Of a DNA stretch of 64,000 nucleotides, positions 12,692 through 35,271 are shown in pieces. The first letter of the stretch is position 1. Each line of letters begins with the position of its first letter. The notes beneath the pieces are model-generated. The model had not been told where the DNA came from. It saw only the letters and a list, made by a program, of their open reading frames with translations, and did not search any database. A program made the position numbers and the translations under genes. The stretch covers positions 16,492,001 through 16,556,000 of the forward strand of contig OX597831.1 of NCBI GenBank assembly GCA_951406725.2, in the 5' to 3' direction. Origin of the DNA: Octopus vulgaris. Its lineage: Eukaryota.

Positions 12692-15185
12692 TAGTTTTAT
12701 TTTATGGCGTGCTTTCACTTCACTACCGAGCGCAGCTCTTTGTGACTTGGGTATGTGCTGTCATTTGTTGTGATGCTCAGATGGTTATTGTATGGAAAGT
12801 GTTCTGCGTAGGATGTGTGCAGTGCCTAGTAGTGCAATCTTCTGTATGGTATATGTGTTTGTAAGTCCTGGTGTTTTTTTATGTATTTGTCTGAAAATAA
12901 TGCATCTACTATGATAGGGAATGTTTTTTTTTAGATTCCACATTCTGGTTATCACTATTTCCAGGTCTTTGTATTTTGAAGGTTTCTCCATTTATTTTAG
13001 AGACACGTTGTCATCTGCCGGTATTGGTACATCGATTAAAAATAATTTTTTTCTTCATGATCTCTGACAACTATATCTGGTATGTTGGCATTAATTCCTC
13101 TATGTGTGTATCGACATATCCCAAAGTATGGTTGCTTTCTCGTTTTCTGTGACCTTTTCTGGTCTGTGACTATACCATCCATTTTCTGTTGTTATTCCAT
13201 AATGGTGGCATAGCTTTCAGTGTATGCAGGTTCCAACTCTGTCATGTCTGTGAATATATTCCTTCTTAGCCAGGGCTGGGCAGCCAGAGATAACATGATT
13301 TATTCTTTCAAGTCCATCTCCACATATTCTGCAGTTACTTGTTATATTTCTTTTCATTACATGTTTTTGGTAATTTCTGGTGGGGAGGCTTTGGTCTTGT
13401 GCTGCAATTAAAAATCCCTCTGTCTCTGCTTTGAGTCCTGAGCCTCTCTACAATTCCTGGGATTCTTCTTTGTCTTTTTATTTTGCATTTAGTTTAGTCC
13501 AGTATTTACCACGAAGGGGCTTTTCTTGCCATCGTTTTATCATGGTTCTTTGCTGTTCTATTTTTTAGTTTCGATTTGATTTGTTTTATAGCTTTTGTTG
13601 TTTCTTCATCTTCTTCTTCTTCATTTTCATTTTTATTAGGTGGTATGATTTCTCGATTGTGTTTGTCAGCTTCCTTAAATACTGAGAACAGTTTTTTGTT
13701 TTGCTCGTGTTTTGACGCTATTTGTATCAGTTTTCCTTCCTTCTGAAGTAGTTATATTTGCAGTCCTATGTTGATTATTTTATAGTAGTTTTCCAGTTGT
13801 ATAAGGCCTATACCCCCAACTATATGTTGTATATATAGTCTTTCTATGTCAGATTTTGGGTGATGCATCCTAGATCCTGTCATTATTTTTCTTGTTTTCC
13901 TATCTATTTGGGTCAGTTCATTCAGTTTCCAGTTAAGGATATTGTATCTGTAACTTATAACTGTGACAGAGAAAGTGTTAATACCTATTATGTTGTTTTT
14001 AGCATTGAGCGATGTTTTTAGTATTGATCTAACTCGTCTATAATATTCTTTTTTTATTTTATCTTTCATTTGTGTGTATTGTGTCTTGTCTAGTTCATGG
14101 ATTTCTAAGTATTTGTAAGTTTGGCTGTGGTCTGATTCTTTTATTTCATTGGTTTTATCTAGTATGATGTTGCTACACTTAACTAGTTTTCCTCTTTTCA
14201 GAGTTACTTTGGCTAATTTTTTAATCCAAATTTCATTCTTTGGTAAATCCATGAACTGCATTTAATAGCGTTTCCAGCTGTTTGTCATTTGCACCGTACA
14301 GTTTTAGGTGGCTGATCGTTTTGCTATAACATTTATATTCGCATCCAGTACTATTTAGCATATCAGATAGAGGTGACAGTGCCACGCAGAAAAGGTGTGG
14401 AGAGAGCGCGTCTCCCTGGAATATTTCACTTCTAAAGGGGATGTCTTTGGTTTTCATGAGTCCCTCTTTTTTTTTTGGAGCTGTAGCACTGTTTGCAATT
14501 TATTCATAGTATCCTATGAATTTTGTAATTGTTGGTGCTACTTTGTTAATGGTTAGTGTTTCGAGGATCCATGTGTGGGGATGCTATCAAACGCCTTTTT
14601 ATAGTCGATCCAGGCCATACTGAGGCCTTTCTTCTTTCTGTGACTGTATTCAGTTATGGCTTTATTAATCATTAGTTTATCTTTACAGCCATATGAGCCT
14701 TTGCGACATCCTTTCTGCTTTTCTGGAAACAGGTTGTTTTCGTCCACGTGCTTGTTCAACCTTTGCGATATCCCTGCAGTAATAAAGGCCATGTACATTG
14801 TAGGGAGACAGCTTATTGGTCTGTAGTTTTCTGGTTTTGCTGTCTCATTTAATTTGGGAATTAAGATGGTTATCGCCTTCGTGAGCCATTCAGGCCTTAT
14901 CTCTGGCTCTGCTAGCGTGTTGTTAAAGTTTTCAGCCAGCTTTTTGTGCATTCCTGTTAGATATTTCAACTAGAAGTTGGGGATCTTGTCATGCCCAGGT
15001 GCCTTCCAGTTGTTTAGTCTTTGCAGTGCCTGGGGAACCTCTTCAGTTGTTATGGGGGTCTAAAGTTGCTCAGATGCTGAGATTGTTGCTTTAATACTCC
15101 TTTTTTTTTTGGTTGTTCGTTCGCCGACCATATTTCTCTCCAGAATTCTTCAACTTTTTCTGCCGTTGGTGCTGCAGAGATTTCT
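12690..15185 (-). mobile_element. Dong/R4-clade LINE, family 2, 5'-truncated and degenerate
   Basis: ORFs with [76 protein letters not shown]; 3' end runs into the (AAT)n tract at ~12490-12688. Confidence 0.9.
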
Positions 15186-15356
15186 ATTAAAAAATTATAG
15201 TAACCCCTCGAGGTACTATAAAATACTTTCCCAAATTACTCTTTTAATTATAAGCTAAAACTAGTGATCAAAACCAATGTCTCGTAAAATACTTATCATA
15301 ATTTGGGCTATAACTGTACATGCGTATGCATATTTATTTTTTTAATATTTTTTTAT

Positions 15357-16518
15357 GTAGTTTCAGCTCACAAGCTGTGGCCATGCAGGGGCACCGCCAT
15401 TTGGTGTTGCTACCTCATTTTACTTCACGAATGATTTTTAGCAATTGCCATTTGGTGCATGAATAAGTTCGATGCAGCTGCCCTCATCTGCAACTCCTGC
15501 CGTAAAGTTGGTTCATCTGGTACACCTGACAAGAAGAGATCCAGCTTTATTTTAAAGACATCTGCATCCACCTCATGCAGGTCTCTTAAGTTATTCGGGA
15601 GGATATTGAAGAGCCGTGGGCCTAGGAGGCCCAGGCTATCACAGTATCATGTCCTACATCTTGATGGAAAATTTGGAGTCCTTGGCACTATGCAGTGTCG
15701 CCCAGTTCTAGCATTTGTGTAACTCTCGATGCCAAAGTTTGGGACAAGTCCTTCTATGATCTTCCAGATGTATATTATGGCATATCTTTCACGCCTAAAC
15801 TCTATGGAATAGAGTCTCAATCTTTTGAGTCTTTCCCAATAGCTTATATGCTGCACAGAGGATATCTTCTTCGTGTAGCTTCGTTGGATCGCCTCAAGTT
15901 CTGTGATTAACTTGACACTGGATGGTGACCATTGCTGAGAGCAATGGTCAAAATGTCTTGGGACAAGTGCCCTCCAGAGGACCATCATGGTTTCCTGGTC
16001 TCTTGTTCTAAAGGATCTAAGAATCCATCCCGTCAGCCGCCTACATTTCATTGCCAATTTAGCAACATGCTCATGAAAGATTGCACCATCTCTCATGTAA
16101 ATACCCAGTTCTCGCACTGACTGTGCCTCTGGGATTGCAATCCCTCCAGGTCCAGTGTATTTATTGGGTATTGCATTTAATTTTGCATGCTGTTAGCATA
16201 AAGCTTGAAACTTTTCAGCATTGAACTGCATGCTATTCTTTTCAGGTCACTTGTATATTTTGTCCAGCTCAAATTGCAGGTGCATAGTGTCTTCAGGGTT
16301 CTGTATTGCCTGTGAAACTTTTGTATCATCTGCATAACTTTTGATCATTGCTCTCTGCGTGGCTGAGGGCATGACTGAGAGGGCCATTATAAACAGTAGG
16401 GTCCCAAAACAGTGACTTGCGGAACACCGCACGCTATTTGCATGTTAATGGAAGAGGACCCATTGGCTACTACCACCTGACTTCTATCCTTCAAAAAGTC
16501 TTGAAGCCATTCTCCCAA
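15357..16518 (-). mobile_element. CR1-clade LINE 3' fragment
   Basis: GVPQ..VLGP, YADDTK, LEAIQRSYTKKI...YWERLKRLRLYS..RRERYAIIYIWKI; 3' UTR ending GCGGTGCCCC..GCATGGCCACAGC..GCTGAAACT. Confidence 0.85.
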
Positions 16519-16519
16519 T

Positions 16520-19500
16520 ATATATACATACAATACACAATACATACACATATATACACACCCACACACACACATATAAATTAATATATATACATTTACA
16601 TTTATATACACGTACATAAACATATACGCATACATACATACACACACAAACACATATAGCATATGAATAAATACGTATATAACTGTCTATATTCAAACTT
16701 CGATACAAACATAGAGGTAAACATTTAGTTAAATCCATTTATTCTAACTTACTAATATATACTTCTATATCAAATAAAATTGATTAAATAAACATCCAAA
16801 TAAATCTACTTCAAATATAAAGAGATTACATACATCTAGATTAATTTTAAAAAATTATAACAGAAATATAACAAAATATAAACTTAACTTTATTATAATA
16901 TAAATATATATATATATTATATATCATATTATTAATACACAAAATAGACACTATTCAATAATAAATTAATCTAATTAAATAGCTAAATTAATATATCGAT
17001 AGTTCAAATGCATTGTTCTATAATAGAATAAGTTATCATTATTAAAAATGTTTCCTATACTTACAATATTATAACCTTCCAAACTCTATATTTAAAAACC
17101 ATTAAATATTTAGTAATACAATAAACGACTAAATATAATCTAACTATAAGTAAATAAAGAACCTAAATAACAATAATAAACTAAGACAAAACCTCATAAA
17201 AAATTAGAAACACAAGACTATTATGAAGTATTATATTTATAAAATTAATAGCATATAACATTATTTATTTAATATAATAAACAACAAAAAAATGTTTATC
17301 ATGTAATAAGTATTATAAAATCACCTACTAAATATTATAAATCACCTTCCAAAGTATTCACTAAATTATCATGGTTATAAAATAAAATTTCCTTAAACTC
17401 AGTTGAACATAAATAACAATAATTTCATCCTATTCTATATCATTTAGCCTTACTTATTATTTCCTACGTTAAATCATAATTAATATTTTGGGATTTAAGT
17501 CCCCATATGTACTTGCTAAGTCCAGTTGAGTTAAGTACGATTATATTTTTAAATGAATGCATATGCGGTGTGATTCTTAATTTTATTTCAGAGGAAGTGG
17601 ACCCTATATATATCGTGTTTAAGTTATTATTATTCCTATTATTCTGATTAAGTAATGTAACTATACATTTATACACTACATCGTTGATATCACATTTATT
17701 TATTTAATTTGCATTTAGTTTTATCTCTACATTTACAGTTAATAAGTGTCTTATCTTTATTATTATTGGTATTATTATAAAATTTATTTTTAAAAAATAA
17801 TTCAGTTTAAATTTGTTAAAAGAGAAAATGATGTTACCTACACTATTAGTGGTAGAATAACCTACTCCAAACTTATTACGAGAGAAAATGTTTTTATATT
17901 TAGGATTATCATGAATAAATTGTTCAATAATATCTAAAATCACTTTAATAATGTTCATTTTAATTTGAGCACCATAAGGAACAATTAACCAAATTTTATG
18001 CTCATTTTTCTTCTTCTTATTATTATTATCATTATCATACTTAATCATGTTATTATAACCATTATTATTACCATTACTATTATTATATTTCTTAATAATA
18101 TTATTAGATATAAAATTATAATTATAATTAACATTTAATGAATTATTAAAGTTATTATATTTTTTTAATTATATTATTTTTATTTTTATAATTACTAAAA
18201 TTACTACTAATATTACTAACAAAATTATCATATTATTATTAATATTTTTATCTTTATTATTAATAGTTTTATCTTTATTTTTGATAAAAAATTTAATATT
18301 ACTATTATAACCTGCCTCTCTTAGGGCCTCCTTGTAATAAGGTGCATGTTTATTAAAACTCTCTAGATCATAAGAAAAATAATGATCTACGTTTACTTAT
18401 ATTATTAATCAACGATTTTTTAATTGATGGTGGGTGATTACAATTAACATTTATATATCTAAGGTTTTCATTGAGTTTATGATATGGTTGTGTTTTACCC
18501 GTAATTAGATTAAAATTAACATCTAAATAATTAACATTCAAATTCTCATTATATATAGAAATACATAAACCATATCTTTTAAAGAAACTATAAAGTTTTT
18601 TCTTATGTAATTCTAGGTTCTTATTATTGCAATTTTTAATAATTAATAGAAGTTCAGTATATATAAGCTAAGTATATATTTATATTTAAGATTTCTAATT
18701 TTTAAAATTTAAATATTTTATAAGTCTTATGGTATAATATTATTGTTTTTCTATGTAAATATTGATGTTTATGTAATGATCTAATTATCGTAATTTTTCT
18801 ATATAATTATTAAATATTAACTTTACGTTTATTCGTAAGACTTTACTTAGCCATATAAATACATTATTCGTTAACAATTATACGAGTTGCTTAAAGTTAG
18901 GTTTTATGTATATACATGTATTGATAGCATTAAATTTAGTCTTAAATAACTATATTTGCTGATAGTTATTTTATATTTATTATGATTATTATTATAACTT
19001 TTATATTGTCCTTTTAAATCGATAACTGGTAGTAATATTCTTCCTATTGAGAAATTTTTTTGTAGTATTTATTTGATACTATATAACTAGGAATTGATTT
19101 TTTTAATATTTTATTTTAACTATACGATTTTGAAAGTTATTAGTTAGCCAACGAGATATATAGATAGTTAATTTGCTATAGCGTTCGTTTAAGATTGTTG
19201 GTTTGTATTTTTTTGCAATTAGTTATTTTATCTGTAATATTTTAATATTTCTATTAGTCATGATGAATAATTAATTTATTAGGTATTTATGATACGTGCA
19301 TATATATTTATTTATAGAAATAATTTTAGATCTTAATACTAATATTTATATATATTTATATATTTTCATTGATAATTTATATATTATTCAAATATTATAT
19401 ATTTAATAATATGAATAGTCATATTTTTGTAAAATATTGATGGAATTAGATATTGACTATAACAGATATTAGATTATTTTATATATTTTTTAATAATTAA

Positions 19501-19600
19501 TCTTATTTCTATGTATTGGTCTATGATTTTCCCTGTTTGATTTGCTTAATAGGTGTTTTGTCTCTAATTTAATATAATTTTTTAAATATATATCTATATA
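16520..19600 (-). mobile_element. Very AT-rich Penelope-like retroelement relic
   Basis: Minus-strand NYLDVNFNLITGKTQPYHKLNENLRYINVNCNHPPSIK (RT thumb, ~18425-18540), KIWLIVPY..., and GIY-YIG region VVYKCIV...IYIGSTSSEIKLRITPHMHSFK...STGLSKYIWGLK; boundaries approximate. Confidence 0.75.
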
Positions 19601-19616
19601 TACATAAACATATATA

Positions 19617-19760
<144 letters not shown>

Positions 19761-19989
19761 AATATCTATATATATATACATTAATGCACATTTTGTTGTC
19801 CAGGCAGAAGAGGTGCATACCGAATCGGTGTGTGTTTGGCTTGTCATTAAGGCATTGAAAGTGAACGTAGGAGATGTGTTTGTTTGCTCAGAGTCAACAT
19901 TCTGACCTGACTTTGTTTCTTTGTTCTTCGAATGAACATATTTATCATATCGTAGGCTGATAGATCTAACATCGCCTTTATCTCTACTC

Positions 19990-20390
19990 AGGTGACATAC
20001 TGTTCAGGAAAGTTAATAAGAAAATATTGTTTCCGGGGCCTCTTTGCCCCTTTAATACTTCTCTTATGCTTGATCCCCTCAATTTAGTATTATGGCAGGG
20101 TATCATTTGAGGTATATTAATGTACAATTCTACGATTTGGTTTTCATGGATGATATGAACCATTTTAGAATCAATGGAAAGCAGATCGAAAACTTAATGC
20201 AGACTGAAATATACTGCACCAAAATTGTAGGTATCGAAATTGGCATAGAGATTTGGGCAATATTAGTCCTGAAAAGGGGAAGGTATTAATAGCGAAGTCA
20301 TCCAATTATCAGATTATCAGAGATTACAATAATGGAAGGAAGTAAAGAGTTGTAAGCATCGAGGAGTATTTGTATCTGACTGATATTTAG
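19990..20390 (+). mobile_element. Old, heavily decayed Dong/R4-type RT fragment (also ~34020-34545)
   Basis: DLVFMDDMNHF...IEIGIEIWAILVLKRGR aligns to the HLLFMDDLKL...FGIEKCA.LV.KRG RT segment. Confidence 0.6.
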
Positions 20391-20491
20391 GAGGGTTTTT
20401 CCTGTCTATGTTTACTTGTTGTATTCCGATGTTATGACGTTTTCTGTTCTAACAGTCTAATCTGTCTAATGTATATGAAAAAAAAATAATA

Positions 20492-20568
<77 letters not shown>

Positions 20569-20599
20569 CATAATAATAATAATTATAATATTAATAATA

Positions 20600-22427
20600 A
20601 CAGAATACTGAACAGAAAGGATGTAAACGTGGATCCTATTGTTGTAAAGATCAACTACTCATCAATAAGATGATCTTAGAAGATTGTCACAAACGACACA
20701 AAATCTTATCAATAGCCTGGATAGACTATAAAAAGGCTTTTGATAGCTTACCACATAGCTGGATAAAGAAATACCTGGAAACGTATAAAATATCACCTAC
20801 TCTGCGAAAAATTTTGTTTGTAAGGTGTGAGATCTTGGAGAACCACACTAGGTTTGAACAGTGACGATTAATCTCTAAATGCTGGTGAGGAAAAACTTCA
20901 TATCGCATTTTTCATAGCGACACACTATCACAACACCTTTTTGTTTAGCCTTAATACATCTTTCAAAATTGCTAGATGACGCACAATACGGATATAAAAT
21001 GTTGGATAAAAATAAATATCATCTTATTTACATGGATGATTTGAAGCTCTTTGCAAAAAATGTCCAAGAACTCAATGGCTTACTAACGATTGTTAAACAA
21101 TTCAGCGATGACATCAGAATAAAATTTGGCCGCGAAAAATGTGCAAAAGCTAATTTTATCAAAGGAAAAATGACAGAATCATCTAACGTTGACCATGACA
21201 AGCAGAATGTCACAAAATAATTAGACCCAGCGGAGAGCTACAAGTATCTAGGGGTAATTGAAGGGGACGGAATAAGGCATTCAATGATGAAGGAAAGGAC
21301 CAGGACATAATGTTATCGCAGAGTAATGGGAGTAAAGGCATTCAATGATGAAGGAAAGGATCAGGAGATAATGTTATCGCAGAGAATGGGAGAAATAGGA
21401 TGGAAGCGATCAATGCTTTGGCCATACAAGTCGGGAGTGACAGTTTCAATACCGTTAAATGGTCAATTACTAAAATATGTAATCTCGACAGAAGAAATGT
21501 CCAAAGAGAGTAAATAATGCAGATTTTAAGAAAGCACTGACTCACCAATGGCTAATGACCTCTGGCTTAAAATCTGAAACAGAAGGGTTTATCATAGCAG
21601 CTCAAGATCAATGCCTACCGGCAAGGAACTACCAGGCTAACATTTTAAGGAACGGCTGTAGCCCAACATATTGTGTACGTCAACATCAAAATGAAACCAT
21701 TGATCATGTTGTCTCCAAGTGCAGTCTTCTTGCGCCTACAGAGTATCTCAACATGCATAATAGAGCTGCACAATATATTCACTGGATAATTTGAAAACAT
21801 CCTGGACTTGCCCCATGATAAAAACTGGTTGGAACACAAACCACCTCCAGTGATTGAAAATGTCCACATCTCAATCCTCTGAAACTTCACCATTCAAACT
21901 GACAGAAAGATCTACGCGAATAGGTCAGACATCCTAGTAAATGACTTCAGACAAAAAACCTTCCTCCTCATTGATACGACTGTCCGAATCGATATAAACG
22001 TATCTGTCAAGACCTACCAGATAATGAGCAAATATAAAGATCTTGAAATAGAAATCAGCAAAATGTGGTACCTGAAGTCTTAAACAATACCTGTTGTCAT
22101 AGGTACCCTGGGAATGACAGCAAAAGGGGCTGATTGCCACCTAACTCATATACCAGGAAACGCCAAAATTGGCACAAATTCAACAGATAGTGCTCATGGA
22201 AACTGCTCATATCCTACGCAAAAAATTTCTATGTAATCTCAAGTTTTAAAACAAACAATTTTCGTATGGTTTCTTAGTCATTCACTAGTTCAACACTACG
22301 TACAAAACCAAATATATGGCACCCTCGGCATAACACCAACATGAACTTCTATCTTTTTGTCACTTGGGGTCGCTGGGTGAGATTTGGAGCAAACTTGTGC
22401 AAATGTAAGTCAAAAGTTAAACATAGA
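20600..22427 (+). mobile_element. Dong/R4 LINE family 1, copy B (internal deletion near 21490)
   Basis: [56 protein letters not shown]; preceded by (AAT)n 20485-20599. Confidence 0.9.
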
Positions 22428-22639
22428 AAATAATAATAATGAGTAGAAGGAGAAGAAGAAGAAGAAGAGGAAAAAGAAGGAGAAGAAGATGAAGAAGAAG
22501 AAGAAGAAGAAGAAGAAGAAGAAGAAGAAGAAAAAATGAAGAAGAAGAAAAAGAAGAAGAAGAAGAAGAAGAAGATGAAAAAGAAAAAGAAGAATGAGAA
22601 AAAGAAGGCGAAGAAGAAGAAGAAGAAGAAGGAGAAAAA

Positions 22640-22674
<35 letters not shown>

Positions 22675-22911
22675 AGAAGAAGAAGAAGAAGAAGAAGAAG
22701 AAGAAGAAGAAGAAGAAGAAGAAAGAAGAAAAAGAAGAAGAAGAAGAAGAAGAAGAAGAAGATGAAAAAGAAGAGGCAATAGTCTTTCTGAAATAATAAG
22801 GAATGTACAGAACTAGTGTGTAATCAGTAGTATTCGTAAATTTAGGTTTAGTATGAAATGAAAAAAAAACAAAATAAGACCTAAATGCAGGTTCGTTGAT
22901 GTAATCTTTAT

Positions 22912-30649
<7,738 letters not shown>

Positions 30650-31228
30650 CGTCGTTATTCTATTAGTCTTAGGCTTTTGAACGCACTTGGACACGTAAAC
30701 TCCTATATAAATGAAAAACGAAGGTAACACATGTTTTGTTCATAACTGGCAAATGCATATTTGATATTTTACTTGATTTAGTTGCCCATGACGTTGAAGG
30801 TTAATGATTTACATTCCCTATTAATATGTCAATTTCTTTGAACTTCTTAGTGGGGAAATATATTTCAAATGTAAGTTATATGCGGTTAAAGATAATGTAT
30901 GTGGCTTTCCTGATGTTTTCCGTTGTTCCAAGTTGAATCACAGAATTGTTCTTATAAACGTTACTGTCGAACCTGGGTTCATTAAAATTTAGGTAGAAAA
31001 CGCATAAACATCGATTCACAAAAATAATAGCATGCAATTACATTGTTGAGCATTACTTTGATGAAATGTATCATAGAATTACTTTGAAATTAATTCTATT
31101 AGATTATGACGGCAAATTTACTTTGGAATATCAGAAATTTAAAAATCATTTCAATAATGGACTTATTAATTATAATTGCTTTTCAAAGAATATAACAGTC
31201 ATTCTGTTTAGGATATTTGATAAATATA

Positions 31229-32335
31229 CAGTGTGCGAGGTGTAATTTAAAGAGGGGTATTTCGTGTTTAGTCAATTACACCTTTAAATTATATGATGTA
31301 TTAATTTTTCAGGTAACCAATTCAAGATATCATACTAACCCAAGAAATGAAAAGACATGCAGTCATTGTTGGTATAAATGCAAACCACAGTGATTTAGAT
31401 ATTAGGAACTGTCTAAAGGTTGCAAAATCACTAGAAATTAAGTTCGATTGGAATTGGAGATATTTAATATTATTGCTTTACCTGTCTGAAAGTGCAAATA
31501 ATATTCACAACGCTCAGACATTGATAGGAATTTATAAATCGTTTTGAAAACATTATCAATGAAAACACCTGAAGAACAATGAGGTCAATTGGTAAAGAAC
31601 TTCAGATGTCAGAATGGACTATCAGAAATGTGGTACATCGTGAGTAATGAGGAAAAGCTAATTCGTGTCTGCAAAAACAAAGAAAACCGTCTCATCCGTT
31701 ACTTAACAAAGTGAAAAGTCCCGATGTGCAAAGCATGCTTTTGTTTGCTCTGACGAAAAACACTTTGACCAGGATCGAAATTCTAGCGGAAGAAATGACA
31801 GAGGGTTATGAGTAGAACCTTCTGAAGTGCCCACAGTGATTTACACGAAATCATCAGCAACTGTCACGCTTTTAGTAGTGGTGAGTAACGAAGGTCATGT
31901 GATGCCTCTCCACTATTTTCCACAGAACCTTAGAATTACCGCTACTGGCTACATTAATGTACTAGAAACTGGTATCAAGACCTGGATTAATGAAGTATGG
32001 AATGCAAGGCAATGCGTGATTCAGGAAGACTCAGCACCTCCTCATAAAGCCCTAGTCACCCAAGAATGGTTTTCAGCCAATCTTTAAGATTATGTAACAC
32101 ACAGTATGTTGTATGCAGTGCTCGGCCGATTTAAATCCATGGAGTACTACATGTGGAGCGCCTTTGAAAAGAGAGAGAAATCCTCATCCTCATAAAACTA
32201 TAGCTTTGCTGATTGCTAGCTTTGTCCATTTGATGTCCGAAATGAATAAAGGTCATATAGTGTCAGCATGACAATGGTTTCGGTCCGGCATTTGATCACT
32301 CATCGAAACCGAAAAGGATTTCGTAGAATAATTTT
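31229..32335 (+). mobile_element. maT/DD37D-like transposon relic (copy B)
   Basis: PTVIYTK..ATVTLLVVVSNEGHVMPLHYFPQNLRITA..YINVLET...QEDSAPPHKA resembles a DD37D-type transposase core; frameshifted. Confidence 0.8.
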
Positions 32336-32849
32336 GTTTTAAAGAATCATTACTTAGACTATTTGCAGGAATAAACGTTTTACACTTTCAGAAATATACG
32401 GAGGTCAGTAGATTTGGAGCCTCAACCACCCGACGAAACATGGTCCGCAATGCCGTTATGTCTAATTATTTGCTATAACAATACACGCTTATCTATAAAA
32501 TAGTTAAATTGTTACAGCTGCAATAGAAATAGCGTCGCAGTAGAGTACCACACATCTCTTTCACTTGCAGTAATTATTATATTACGCAACTATTATTCTC
32601 ATAAAAGTAAAACCATTATTTTCTTCAAAAGTAATAGTATATAATACAATACATGTGATACTTCCATGATATTTGCCCAGTATTTAATGTAAAGCTATTT
32701 ACATTGCAATACCATATTTGCATTTATTTTATAAACTATGAATAATATATCACTTGCACAATAGTAGTACAGTTCTATTATTATAATAGTAAATAAGACG
32801 GTGAGCTGGCAGAATTGTTACTCGTTATTACGATGATCCGATAGTGTTG

Positions 32850-33560
32850 TAGTTCTCTAATGTGCTGAATTTTCACTCTAAGTGTGGATTCCTTATGTGT
32901 ATAAATATACACTATCGTATAATTAATATATTGTCTTCTTGACTAATTTGTTTCACGTTAGATCACAGGAAATGTAAACGTTGATTGAATGTTTGAAATT
33001 TAATTAAATTCCATTACTCTTTTGATATGATTAAATATTATAATTTTTTGTATAATTTACGGTTAAATTTGGCGGTTTATTGCAACAAACAATATCACTG
33101 CGATTGCGCAGAAAAAATTGAAATGTTACTTCGTATAAACAGTGGACAGGCAGCAGTTCTTGTCTTCTGTCTTATATGTTTTAACCCCAGGTTGGCCCTA
33201 ACCGAAAAAGATCAGACCTTGTGAGTTCCCCTGACTTGCTAAAAGAAGATCAGGAACCAATTTTTGTCCCACTCACTTTCTAAAAGAAGATCAGAAACCA
33301 ATTTTGGTCCGGGGTATTAAATGGTTAATGTTTTTCATTTCCAAATTTTGTTCCTGTCGAATTTTATCCGTTATTGTTATGGTTCTCTAATGTGCTGAAT
33401 TTTAACTCCAAGTGTGGAGTCCTTATGTGTATGAATATACACTATCGTATACTTAATATAGAGTATTCTTGACTAATATTTTGCACGTTAGATACTGGAA
33501 ATGTAAAGTTTGATTGAAAATTTTAAATTTAATTAAATTCCATTTCCCTTTTGATATGAT
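32850..33560 (+). repeat. Local direct duplication (~190 bp at ~32850 and ~33380) plus a ~32-bp doublet at 33239/33280
   Basis: GTTCTCTAATGTGCTGAATTTT...CCTTATGTGTAT..ATATACACTATCGTATA occurs twice; CTAAAAGAAGATCAG.AACCAATTTT occurs twice. Confidence 0.75.
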
Positions 33561-33596
33561 TAAACGATATATATATATATGTGTATATATACATAC

Positions 33597-33707
<111 letters not shown>

Positions 33708-34546
33708 GTATATCTATCTATCTGAGTAACGCACATTTTGTTGTCCCGACTGAAGAGGTGAATACCGAATCGGTGTGTTTTGGACTGTCATTAAGGCTTA
33801 GAGAGTGAACATAGTAGATGGGTCTGTTTGCTCAGAGTTAACAATCTGACCTGACTTTGTTGCTTTTTTCTTCGAATGAACATATTCATCATATCGTAGG
33901 CTGAGAGATCTAACATCGCCTTTATGTGTTAGCTAGATACGTCTCCCGGCATAACTGTTTCGTTATGTTTTAATCTGAGTAACTAATTTACTCTTTTGTT
34001 TACTTATATATTTATCTGTGTAATATAATAACTTATGACATGATCCCACACTCATGGATAATGGAATGCTTGAGTCTACTCAGTATAGTAGACGACATAA
34101 GAAAATAAATTAGCTGCACGATGAAAGAAATGAAAGCAGATCTTTACTCAGGTGACATACTGTTCAGGAAAGTTAATAGGAAAATACTGTTTTCCAGGGC
34201 CTCTTTGCTGCTTTAATATTTCTCTGATGCGTGATCCCCTCAAGTTAGTATTATGGCAGGGTATTATTTGATGAACAGTAATGTAAACTTCAACGATTTG
34301 GTCTCCATGGATGATATGAACCATTTAAGAATCAATGGAAAAAACATCGATTCCTTAATGCATACTGAAATATGCTGCAGTAAAAATATGTGTATCGAAT
34401 TTGGCATAGAGAATTGGGCAATATTAGTCATGAAAAGGGGCAGGTATTAATAGGGAAGGCATCCAATTACCAGATTATCAGAGATTACAATAATAGAAAG
34501 AATTAAAGAGTTGTAAGCATCGAGAAGTATTAGTATCTGACTCATT

Positions 34547-35105
<559 letters not shown>

Positions 35106-35128
35106 TAATAATAATAACAATAATAATG

Positions 35129-35244
<116 letters not shown>

Positions 35245-35271
35245 TATAATAATAATTATAATATTAATAAT

